This document shows positions 1 through 7,002 of a stretch of 13,924 bases of DNA, piece after piece. The stretch comes from Thermodesulfobacteriota bacterium (GTDB lineage Bacteria > Desulfobacterota_D > UBA1144 > Nemesobacterales > N074bin48), in NCBI GenBank assembly GCA_041572575.1, contig JBFFSH010000068.1, positions 1 to 13,924 on the forward strand, read 5' to 3'. Under the pieces are notes generated by a model, which saw nothing but the letters and a program-made list of their open reading frames with translations, had not been told where the DNA came from and ran no database searches. Made by a program: the position numbers and the translations under genes. Position 1 is the first letter of the stretch. Each line of letters starts with the position of its first letter.

Positions 1-921
1 AATAACCTTTGCCGCTGTAGTCTTGGCAGTTCCAAAATCACCCATTAATGCAAGTATGGGGTGCGGGAGGTCTGCAACATATGCGAATGTTAAGTCACTC
101 AAGAAAAGGAGATAATCTGCTTCCTGGATATTGATATAATTGAACAGTCTATAAAGTTCATTTAGCTCTGATTTAATAGGTTCAACCTGCTTTTTTTGAT
201 GAGAGTAGCTTTTAAATACCGGTGGTAGTAATTCAAGTATCGACCAACCGCTTTCATGAATAAGCACTCCACCCCAGTTTCCAAGATCATACATTATTGT
301 TATCTCGCTTTTTGCAACTCTATTAAATAGTTTATGCTCTTTGCCATCAAATAGAGCCTTGGCTTCTGCTATATTTAATGCTTCAGCCATTGAATTAGAG
401 TTAGTGGTTTTCTGATACTTATCCCAGTAGTTACCCGTCAACCAAAGTCTAAAGTCTTTGCCTCTGATCTTGTAATACTCAAAGTGGCTGCCTCGTTTTA
501 TTTGAGCGTATGCTGTTTTGTCTGAATCATGGAATAGTTCAATGTCATCATTTAAAATCAGATCAACAAGCTTTTCAGATTGTGATTTATTTTGTGATTT
601 CTCATTTGGAATATCGGTATCACTTAAATCAGAATTGTGATTATTATCCAGATAAGGTTCAATATTTATGTTATATCTTTCGGCAAGTGACTTGGCAGCC
701 TGTAAGGGTGATAAACCCTTGAAGTGTGCTTCTATCTCGATTGCATCGGCAGATTTTTCACAGCCGAAGCATTTTCCATGAGTACCGTAGTTGTGGAATG
801 AAGGTGTTTTTTCTTCATGAAAGGGGCAATGTGCTTTCTTGTTTTTGAAATTGATTCCATATTCGTTAGCTACGGTTTCAAATGGGACTTGGTTTTTTAT
901 ATGTTCAAAAATATTATCCAT
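1..921 (-). CDS. CHC2 zinc-finger (primase-type) plus P-loop NTPase replication protein; partial, C-terminus beyond the left edge
   Basis: Read by hand: ATG at 921 with GGAGG at 931-935, open to base 1. MDNIFEHIKNQVPFETVANEYGINFKNKKAHCPFHEEKTPSFHNYGTHGKCFGC contains the CPFH...CFGC Zn finger. The last visible residues, PILALMGDFGTAKTTAAKVI, contain a Walker A-like GxxGxAKT (nt 19-42). The start overlaps the stop of the 914-1171 ORF. Confidence 0.88.
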   Translation of the reverse strand, partial: MDNIFEHIKNQVPFETVANEYGINFKNKKAHCPFHEEKTPSFHNYGTHGKCFGCEKSADAIEIEAHFKGLSPLQAAKSLAERYNINIEPYLDNNHNSDLSDTDIPNEKSQNKSQSEKLVDLILNDDIELFHDSDKTAYAQIKRGSHFEYYKIRGKDFRLWLTGNYWDKYQKTTNSNSMAEALNIAEAKALFDGKEHKLFNRVAKSEITIMYDLGNWGGVLIHESGWSILELLPPVFKSYSHQKKQVEPIKSELNELYRLFNYINIQEADYLLFLSDLTFAYVADLPHPILALMGDFGTAKTTAAKVI

Positions 922-1171
922 TAATGACAACCTCCATTCCTTTAATATTCAGTTCCGAGAGGTATTCCTTTAATACATGACCTTTAATAATCCGCTTGGA
1001 ATGGTAGTCACACAGGCCGTTTATACAGACTGTGGCTTGTTTTATCTCGGCAATTGTTGAGTTGCCGATTTTGATAATAATTGGTAAACTTATTGTAGTT
1101 GTAGAATTAAAGTTATGAGTGCTCGAGGGTGTTGCCGCACCTTCGGGCCTTTTTTGTTTTTTCTTCATCAT
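914..1171 (-). CDS. Small hypothetical protein of the element's early operon (85 aa)
   Basis: Start overlaps the stop of the HTH gene (1168-1171) and stop overlaps the replication gene start (914-921), consistent with translational coupling. No domain recognised. Confidence 0.65.
   Translation of the reverse strand: MMKKKQKRPEGAATPSSTHNFNSTTTISLPIIIKIGNSTIAEIKQATVCINGLCDYHSKRIIKGHVLKEYLSELNIKGMEVVING
1062..1090 (+). promoter_or_regulatory. Sigma70-type promoter, antisense to the early operon
   Basis: TTGCCG (1062-1067), 17-bp spacer, TAAACT (1085-1090), with extended -10 TG at 1082-1083. Confidence 0.55.
1097..1155 (+). ncRNA. Putative ~60-nt cis-antisense RNA; 5' end approximate
   Basis: Inferred from the promoter at 1062-1090 and the terminator at 1121-1155 on the same strand, opposite the early operon. 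Confidence 0.45.
1121..1155 (+). terminator. Rho-independent terminator on the + strand
   Basis: GCTCGAGGGTG-ttgccg-CACCTTCGGGC is an 11-bp stem whose two G-U pairs form only on the + transcript, followed by C and T6 (1150-1155) and further Ts. Confidence 0.7.
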
Positions 1172-1374
1172 TTACTTCCTGTTTTGATTTGATTTTCTTT
1201 GATCCAGTTATCTATATCCTGAGGATTGTAGTAAATATTTTTACCGATACGGATTAAAGGGATTTGGCGTGTGCGTATAAGGTGATCTAACCTGTACTTT
1301 TTAGCACCGAGGGCGGGATAAAGCTCAATTAACTGTTTTCTATCTACAAGACTTTGGTTGTTATCTGGTGTCAT
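1168..1374 (-). CDS. Excisionase/AlpA-like helix-turn-helix DNA-binding protein (68 aa)
   Basis: Size and the motif LIRTRQIPLIRIGKNIYYNPQDIDNWI match MerR-like/HTH_17 excisionases. AAGGAGG RBS upstream (cctcctt at 1383-1389 on +). Confidence 0.8.
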   Translation of the reverse strand: MTPDNNQSLVDRKQLIELYPALGAKKYRLDHLIRTRQIPLIRIGKNIYYNPQDIDNWIKENQIKTGSK

Positions 1375-1405
1375 ATGTATGACCTCCTTGTGTTTATTAG
1401 ATTTG

Positions 1406-1467
1406 TGATAATTATAATCATGAGATAGAATGTATACAGATTACAAATATATTTGTATATATACAGA
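1406..1467. promoter_or_regulatory. Divergent promoter/operator region of the element
   Basis: Lies between divergent genes. Perfect 16-bp palindrome TACAAATATATTTGTA (1442-1457), overlapping palindrome TGTATATATACA (1454-1465), TATACAGA direct repeats (1433-1440, 1460-1467), and TATAAT on the minus strand (1411-1416). Confidence 0.5.
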
Positions 1468-1500
1468 GATTTTTGTACTTGATTATTCATAAGATCAGAT

Positions 1501-2532
1501 ATGAAGATAAATATATTAATTAATCAAATTTCCAGTAGATTAGATTGGTCACAGGAACAAACAAGATTTGCTATAGAAGAACTAGGTGAATATAGAACGG
1601 TTCTAGATTATATGGAATTTCTCATGGTTTGCTCTGAAGCGAGTAATCCTGATGATAGGTTTGTACAAGTATCTAATTTTATTAAATCATCTACTGAAAA
1701 TAATGAAATAGAAACATTAACAGAATTTTTAGATCGTGATGCTTGTTTTTACTGTTTGGGATTATTCAATTATATAGATATTAATAATAATTATTATAAT
1801 AAACTAAACAAAGCAATATATTTTGATAGAGATTTATATGAATCGGATGAGCTTGATAATCATAAATCATTTATACATTGGGAACTTCCAGGTAAATATT
1901 CGCGATTGATAAAAAAAAAATCAATGGAGGGTGAAATATTTGTAACTAGAGATAGATTAAGTAAACATAATGAAAATTTATGGAAAGATATTAATTATGA
2001 AACTAAACTTGGGCTGTATATAAAAAATAATGTTTTTTATGATAATTTGACTTATCGAATATTCGATAAGTATGTAGATCATATTCTAAATAATTACAAA
2101 ATAGAATTAAGTGAATTATTTGCTCAGGTTTTCAAAAGAAAGAAATTACTAGTTTTCAATATCGAGGTATTTCGTAAATATGCCCTTAATACTCATTTAA
2201 TGAATAAAGAAGATCAAAAAAACTTTATCAATTTATTTAAAAACCATTTATTCAAAAGTAATGAATTAACTCAGAAAAGATACTATAAATATTATTGCTT
2301 AGTAGAAATCCTTAAAAAAAGAGGTTACGAAGTATTTGAATCCATTAAAATGGTTGCCAATGAAGAAAAGGCTGGTTATAGCTCAATTAAAACAAGATAT
2401 TATGAAAAGAGCGCAGAATCTAAAAAAAACAATACAAGTTTATCAGACCTCATACAAAAATACGGATTTCAAAACACCCTTGAGGAATTAGCAGATAGAA
2501 TCGAAAGTAAAAAAAATTCAATGAATAAATAG
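1501..2532 (+). CDS. Hypothetical protein (343 aa), possibly the element's regulator
   Basis: Long ORF in very AT-rich DNA, divergent from the excisionase operon. The C-terminal segment VFESIKMVANEEKAGYSSIKTRYYE looks HTH-like. No clear RBS and no family recognised. Confidence 0.7.
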   Translation: MKINILINQISSRLDWSQEQTRFAIEELGEYRTVLDYMEFLMVCSEASNPDDRFVQVSNFIKSSTENNEIETLTEFLDRDACFYCLGLFNYIDINNNYYNKLNKAIYFDRDLYESDELDNHKSFIHWELPGKYSRLIKKKSMEGEIFVTRDRLSKHNENLWKDINYETKLGLYIKNNVFYDNLTYRIFDKYVDHILNNYKIELSELFAQVFKRKKLLVFNIEVFRKYALNTHLMNKEDQKNFINLFKNHLFKSNELTQKRYYKYYCLVEILKKRGYEVFESIKMVANEEKAGYSSIKTRYYEKSAESKKNNTSLSDLIQKYGFQNTLEELADRIESKKNSMNK

Positions 2533-2536
2533 TTCA

Positions 2537-2705
2537 TTGCTACAGTTTTATTCTCGTTTTTAATCATTTAAACTCATTAAAACACCAAACCAAAATATAA
2601 TAAAATACCAGCTATGGCACTGTTTTTAAAGGATATTCTCAGTAGAAATCTTTAAGACTCAATTAAGCACAAATCAATGGGAAAGGATTAAGAGTCACTT
2701 GCTCT
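2537..2705 (+). repeat. Inner, diverged copy of the att arm region, ending in an inverted tRNA anticodon-arm fragment
   Basis: 2537-2585 matches 3703-3751 at 40/49 and 2624-2679 matches 3788-3843 at 47/56 (hand count, ungapped). The reverse complement of 2686-2705 is AGAGCAAGTGACTCTTAATC. Confidence 0.85.
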
Positions 2706-2830
2706 CTGGTGACATGATACATTAGGAGTCAATCGATCTGGTTTTCAAGCATAGGCTTAATCACTTATAGGTTGATCGTTGAATAATAATCTAAATTTAT
2801 ACAACTGACCTTAATAGTCTGAAATAATGC

Positions 2831-2883
2831 TTGACTCTATATTAAATAATTGATATAAGGAGTTACATAAGGATGAAGGAGGT
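2831..2883 (+). promoter_or_regulatory. Candidate sigma70 promoter and strong RBS of the lipoprotein gene
   Basis: TTGACT (2831-2836), 17 bp, TATAAG (2854-2859) preceded by TGn. AAGGAGGT at 2876-2883. Confidence 0.45.
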
Positions 2884-2889
2884 GCGGGG

Positions 2890-3513
2890 GTGTATAAATA
2901 TCTAATAATTGTAAGTCTATTTGTATTTCCATTCTTAACAAGTTGTGCAACTATGATTAGGGGAACAACAGAAGATTTACAAATCAATAGTGAGCCTGAT
3001 AAGGCAAAAGCTACAATTTCAACTGGAATGTCATGCACAACACCATGTGCAATAAATTTAAAAAGGAATCAGTCTTATACCATCAAGTTTGAAAAAGAAA
3101 ATTGTCAGGACACAATGACTAGCGTCTATCCGAGTTTAAGTGGTTCGGGAGTATTATTGGGAGGAATTATTGATTACGGCACAGGTGCTGTATACGATTT
3201 GAAGCCTAATCCAGTAGTAGTATCTATGGCTTGTGGTGAAGATCGTTTCACACAACAACAAAAACCTGAAAGTTATATAGATGCTCAGTTGAAAATAGGT
3301 GATACAATAGATCAGGTGCATGAACAAGGTATAGTAATTCCCCATGACACATGTAAAAAAGAAAAGAATATAGATAATGAAAATTATCAACTTTGGGATT
3401 TTGCTACAAATTCATGTCAAACAGAAAAGATTAAGGGACATGCACTGCTATTCCGTGAGGTTAATTTGGTAGAAATAAGACAGGTGAAAGATATTAATGA
3501 TTTAGACTTTTAA
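2890..3513 (+). CDS. Lipoprotein with a PEGA-like N-terminal domain and a possible SmpA/OmlA-like C-terminal domain
   Basis: GTG start after a perfect SD. Hydrophobic signal ending in lipobox LTSC. CATMIRGTTEDLQINSEP...CTTPCAINLKR...YTIKFEK is typical of PEGA-domain lipoproteins. The C-terminal LKIGDTIDQV...W.F...LLF pattern only loosely resembles SmpA/OmlA. Confidence 0.75.
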   Translation: MYKYLIIVSLFVFPFLTSCATMIRGTTEDLQINSEPDKAKATISTGMSCTTPCAINLKRNQSYTIKFEKENCQDTMTSVYPSLSGSGVLLGGIIDYGTGAVYDLKPNPVVVSMACGEDRFTQQQKPESYIDAQLKIGDTIDQVHEQGIVIPHDTCKKEKNIDNENYQLWDFATNSCQTEKIKGHALLFREVNLVEIRQVKDINDLDF

Positions 3514-3519
3514 TAATTT

Positions 3520-3556
3520 GTATAGAGGGGGGGGGTATGTATTACCCTCCTTATAC
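3520..3556. terminator. Imperfect hairpin after the lipoprotein gene, possible terminator
   Basis: GTATAGAGGGGGGGGGTA...TACCCTCCTTATAC just after the stop codon. Imperfect stem containing a G9 run, with a weak U tract. Confidence 0.35.
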
Positions 3557-3690
3557 TAATTTGTTCAAATACATAAAAAATATCCTCTTAATTAAGACAC
3601 GTAATTTCCCACGATACTTTATTAATTATAAAAAGTCTCCTTATTCTCATACTCATAGCATCAATGATAAAACCTACGAACAATAATTTA

Positions 3691-3715
3691 TTGCTACAGT
3701 TTTTGCTACAGTTTT
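3691..3715 (+). repeat. Tandem 12-bp direct repeat TTGCTACAGTTT, candidate tyrosine-integrase arm-binding sites
   Basis: Copies start at 3691 and 3703, about 150 bp from the tRNA crossover. A third copy starts at 2537. Confidence 0.7.
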
Positions 3716-3851
3716 ACTCTCTGTTCTAATCTTCTAATCTCAATCAAACACAACTCAATTGTATTATGAAGCTGTCTAATGTACTTATTTTAAAGGATTT
3801 TCTCAGCTTAAAACTTTGAGACTCAAATTAGCACAAATGAATGAAATAGCT

Positions 3852-3896
3852 CTGTTAATCACTAGGTCGGGGGTTCGAGCCCCTCCTCCGGAGCCA
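3852..3896 (+). pseudogene. 3' half of tRNA-Asn(GTT), the attR junction; not a complete tRNA
   Basis: CTGTTAA anticodon loop, TCACT stem, AGGTC variable region, GGGGG-TTCGAGC-CCCTC T arm, CTCCGGA acceptor strand, discriminator G, CCA. Upstream has no 5' acceptor strand, D arm or anticodon-stem partner. Confidence 0.9.
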
Positions 3897-4062
3897 AATA
3901 TTTTAACTAATCTCATTAATTTTTTCCTAAAATTAAGCTTAAGTTTATTAGTATTTTTCATTTAATAGCTATTTTATTTTCTTAATTAGATTTTTGTTAT
4001 TAAAAATAGTATAATTATCTAAATTTTTTGGACATTTTTATCATTATAGAGATAATTGGTAT

Positions 4063-4761
4063 ATGGGATCAATAGATATATGTTATCGCTTTAAATTAGA
4101 CGATAACGAAGAAGAGGTTTTTGATTTAAAATTCAATGAGGATACCTTTGAATTAATTTCGGATGGTAATGAGAGGCTTCCGCTTTGGTCCAAGCTTGAT
4201 TATCATAAGTGTCCCCATTGTCCACTTGATTCTAAGACAGTTCCAAACTGCCCGGTTGCCAAGAATTTTTCAAATGTGGTTTTACGATTTGATCATATAT
4301 TCTCATTCCATGAGATTGAAATAGAAGTTATTACAAAAGAGAGAACAGTATCATCAAAAACAACAGCCCAGCGTGGAATAAGCTCATTGCTGGGATTAAT
4401 ATTTGCTGCAAGCGGCTGTCCTCATACCTCACTCTTTAGACCAATGGCAAGGTTTCATCTCCCTCTTTCTACTGAACAGGAAACAATATTCAGGGTAACT
4501 GGTATGTATCTCCTTGCTCAGTATTTACAGGATAAAGAAGGTAAAAATGCATCATTTGATTTTGATGGTCTAAAAGAAATGTATAATAATCTGCACCTTT
4601 TAAATACAAAAATAGCAGATCGTATAAGAGATGCTGTTACAACAGATTCTTCGGTAAATGGAATTATACTTCTGGACATGCTAACAAAGCTTATGCCGAT
4701 TGCCATAGATAGAAGTTTAGAGGATATTAAGGGTTTATTCTCTCAGTACAATAAAGAATAA
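4063..4761 (+). CDS. Conserved Cys-containing hypothetical protein, DUF6901-like
   Basis: Motifs W.KLDYHKCPHCPL...CPVA, ERTVSSKTTAQRGISSLLG, SGCP...PMARFHLP and MYLLAQY recalled as characteristic of this family. Confidence 0.7.
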   Translation: MGSIDICYRFKLDDNEEEVFDLKFNEDTFELISDGNERLPLWSKLDYHKCPHCPLDSKTVPNCPVAKNFSNVVLRFDHIFSFHEIEIEVITKERTVSSKTTAQRGISSLLGLIFAASGCPHTSLFRPMARFHLPLSTEQETIFRVTGMYLLAQYLQDKEGKNASFDFDGLKEMYNNLHLLNTKIADRIRDAVTTDSSVNGIILLDMLTKLMPIAIDRSLEDIKGLFSQYNKE

Positions 4762-4762
4762 A

Positions 4763-5581
4763 TTATGCAGATTTTATATCTATCTGCTTGATCCCGCTAA
4801 CCTGCTCGCCAAGAAAGCTTGCTGCGATAGATAAAAAACTATCCGATACATCAGTTAAGTAAAACTGTTTATTTCCTGATTTGTTCTCCGGATTTTTAAT
4901 ACCCAATTCCTCAAGAATGCTTAAGGTCTGCGTAGTAACCTGCTCAGCTGAATCAACAAGTTTAATATCATCTCCTACAACTCTTTGAATTAATTTTTTA
5001 AGCAGAGGATAGTGTGTACATCCAAGAATTAGAGTATCAATCTTTTTGTTAATTAAGGGTTTCAGATATCTTACGGCAACTTGCTCGGATATAGGATCAT
5101 CAATCCATCCTTCCTCAGCAAGTGGTACAAAGAGCGGACAGGATTTAGTGTGTACGGTTATGTTTGGACCTATTTTATTTACGGCTTCTCTATATGCCTC
5201 ACTCTTTATGGTTGAAGGTGTACCAATTACACCCACCACATTGTTTCTCGTAGTTTCTACAGCTTTTAAAGCTCCCGGCTCCAGTACACCAATTACCGGA
5301 ATATCCAAAGTAGATTTTAGGCTGTCAAGTGCAAATGCTGAAGCTGTGTTACAGGCCACAACTAAAAGCTTTATATTGTGCGAACTTAGGAATGCTGCAT
5401 TACCAAGTGAATAGGAGATAACCGTACTGCTGGATTTTGTGCCGTATGGTACTCTAGCCGTGTCTCCCAGATATATAATATTTTCATTAGGAAGTCTCTT
5501 TCTAATTTCTTTAACTACGGTAAGACCGCCTATGCCGGAATCAAAAATTCCTATTGGCAATTGTTGTTTTTGATTATTCAT
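4763..5581 (-). CDS. murI: Glutamate racemase
   Basis: IGIFDSGIGGLTV, DTARVPYG, VVACNTAS and LILGCTHYP signatures with both catalytic Cys. Confidence 0.97.
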   Translation of the reverse strand: MNNQKQQLPIGIFDSGIGGLTVVKEIRKRLPNENIIYLGDTARVPYGTKSSSTVISYSLGNAAFLSSHNIKLLVVACNTASAFALDSLKSTLDIPVIGVLEPGALKAVETTRNNVVGVIGTPSTIKSEAYREAVNKIGPNITVHTKSCPLFVPLAEEGWIDDPISEQVAVRYLKPLINKKIDTLILGCTHYPLLKKLIQRVVGDDIKLVDSAEQVTTQTLSILEELGIKNPENKSGNKQFYLTDVSDSFLSIAASFLGEQVSGIKQIDIKSA

Positions 5582-5625
5582 TGAAATATAAATAATAGTT
5601 GCAGACTGGCTGGATTAATTTATAT

Positions 5626-6990
5626 CTAATCAAACAATATTTCAATTGCCTCGCCTATATTCTCGATGCCGATATATTTTTGCGTAGATTTTTTAAAGTC
5701 TTGATTATCATAGTTTATCTTAGGTAATACGAATCTTTTGAATCCAAGCTTCTGAGCTTCTTTTAATCTCACATCGACCTGAGATACGCCTCTAATCTCT
5801 CCTGATAGTCCTACCTCGCCAAATACAATGGTTTCTGCACTAACAGGCTTATTCAAAAAACTTGAAACCAGTGAAATGCAAATACCCAGATCAACCGCGG
5901 GTTCTTCGATTTTAACACCGCCTGCAACATTCATGAAAATATCCTGTGAAGTGATATGAAGTCCGGCTCTTTTATCAAGCACAGCTACTAAAAGCGAGAC
6001 TCTGCCCTGATCAAGTCCGATAGTTGTTCTTCTTGGAACACCAAAATTACATGGTGATACAAGTGCCTGAATTTCTACGAGTATGGGTCTTGTACCCTCT
6101 ATACTCGGAGAAACAACCGATCCCGAGCTGTTTAACGGGCGTTCAGAAAGAAAGATTTCCGATGGATTGGTAACCTGCTCCAGACCGTCATTTGTCATTT
6201 CAAATACACCAATTTCGTTAGTGGAGCCATATCGGTTTTTTACGGCTCTTAAAATTCTATAAGGATGAGATTTGCCGCCTTCAAAATAGAGTACAGTGTC
6301 AACCAGATGTTCCAGTACCTTGGGGCCTGCAATTGAACCCTCTTTTGTTACATGTCCTATTAAAAAAAACGAAATACCTTTGTTCTTGGCATATTGCACT
6401 ATTTTAGATGTGCATTCTCTTATCTGACCTACAGATCCGGGAGCGGATGGAAGGTCTGCAGAGTATATCGTTTGAATAGAATCTATTACAACCACACCAG
6501 GATCGTTTTTTTCGGTATTGTTAATTATGCTGTCAATGTTTGTCTCTGTGACCACATACAGGTTATCCCCATTTACATTTAATCTTTTTGCTCTAATTTT
6601 TATTTGGTTGGACGATTCTTCTCCAGTTACATATAAAACTTTTATTCCGTTTTCAGAATATTTTCCAAAAATCTGCAGGGCTAGTGTTGATTTTCCTATT
6701 CCGGGATCTCCACCTATTAGAACAGTAGAGCCAGAGATCAGCCCACCCCCGAGAACTCTGTCCATCTCGGCAATATCGGTTTTTATACGCTGCTCATTTT
6801 CTGATGAAATCTCATTAATTAATACTGGTTTTGATTTGGGATTCAGAACAGGACTTGGTTTTTCCTTGGTACCTATTTCTTCTACAAACGTATTCCACTG
6901 CTCACATGCAGGGCACTTCCCTATCCACCTTGGTGAGTTGTTACCGCAATTTTGGCAAACAAATATTACAGTGGCTTTGGACCTTTTCAT
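5626..6990 (-). CDS. radA: DNA repair protein RadA/Sms
   Basis: N-terminal CxxC...CxxC, Walker A GDPGIGKS, VVIDSIQT, KNRYG motif and Lon-like C-terminal GEVGLSGEIR. Confidence 0.97.
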   Translation of the reverse strand: MKRSKATVIFVCQNCGNNSPRWIGKCPACEQWNTFVEEIGTKEKPSPVLNPKSKPVLINEISSENEQRIKTDIAEMDRVLGGGLISGSTVLIGGDPGIGKSTLALQIFGKYSENGIKVLYVTGEESSNQIKIRAKRLNVNGDNLYVVTETNIDSIINNTEKNDPGVVVIDSIQTIYSADLPSAPGSVGQIRECTSKIVQYAKNKGISFFLIGHVTKEGSIAGPKVLEHLVDTVLYFEGGKSHPYRILRAVKNRYGSTNEIGVFEMTNDGLEQVTNPSEIFLSERPLNSSGSVVSPSIEGTRPILVEIQALVSPCNFGVPRRTTIGLDQGRVSLLVAVLDKRAGLHITSQDIFMNVAGGVKIEEPAVDLGICISLVSSFLNKPVSAETIVFGEVGLSGEIRGVSQVDVRLKEAQKLGFKRFVLPKINYDNQDFKKSTQKYIGIENIGEAIEILFD

Positions 6991-7002
6991 ATTAAGATGA
7001 AC

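Larger units (their letters stand above)
1..3896. mobile_element. Right part of a tRNA-Asn-integrated element (phage satellite/PICI-like or small genomic island); left end and integrase lie outside the window
   Basis: Excisionase-like HTH gene, small ORF and CHC2/P-loop replication gene in one operon, with a divergent orphan gene. Visibly more AT-rich than the downstream housekeeping genes. Ends at a 3' tRNA fragment starting at the anticodon loop, preceded by tandem TTGCTACAGTTT repeats. Confidence 0.85.

Noticed and set aside
510..722. 70-aa + strand ORF
   Set aside because: Antisense shadow of the replication gene at 1-921.
1453..1466. LexA SOS box (TTGTATATATACAG)
   Set aside because: Two bases too short for CTGT-N8-ACAG, and the left half-site is mismatched.
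1501..2532. Integrase, suggested by its position next to the att arm
   Set aside because: No recognisable R...HxxR...Y tyrosine-recombinase or serine-recombinase motifs.
2660..2730. Complete minus-strand tRNA-Lys
   Set aside because: Only about 20 nt (2686-2705) fit. There is no GG-containing D loop, T arm or acceptor stem.
2811..3390. Minus-strand ORFs 2811-3038 and 3154-3390
   Set aside because: Shadows of the lipoprotein gene, which has the SD and recognisable motifs.
3527..3535. G9 tract as a phase-variation site
   Set aside because: It lies downstream of the stop codon within a hairpin, not in a coding or promoter region.
2537..3715. CRISPR array or integron attC sites
   Set aside because: The repeats are 12-13 bp, irregularly spaced and direct, with no spacer periodicity or attC-type inverted structure.
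3820..3896. Complete tRNA-Asn gene
   Set aside because: The 5' side has no TCCGGAG acceptor strand or D arm, and TAGCT cannot pair with TCACT. Only the 3' half is present.
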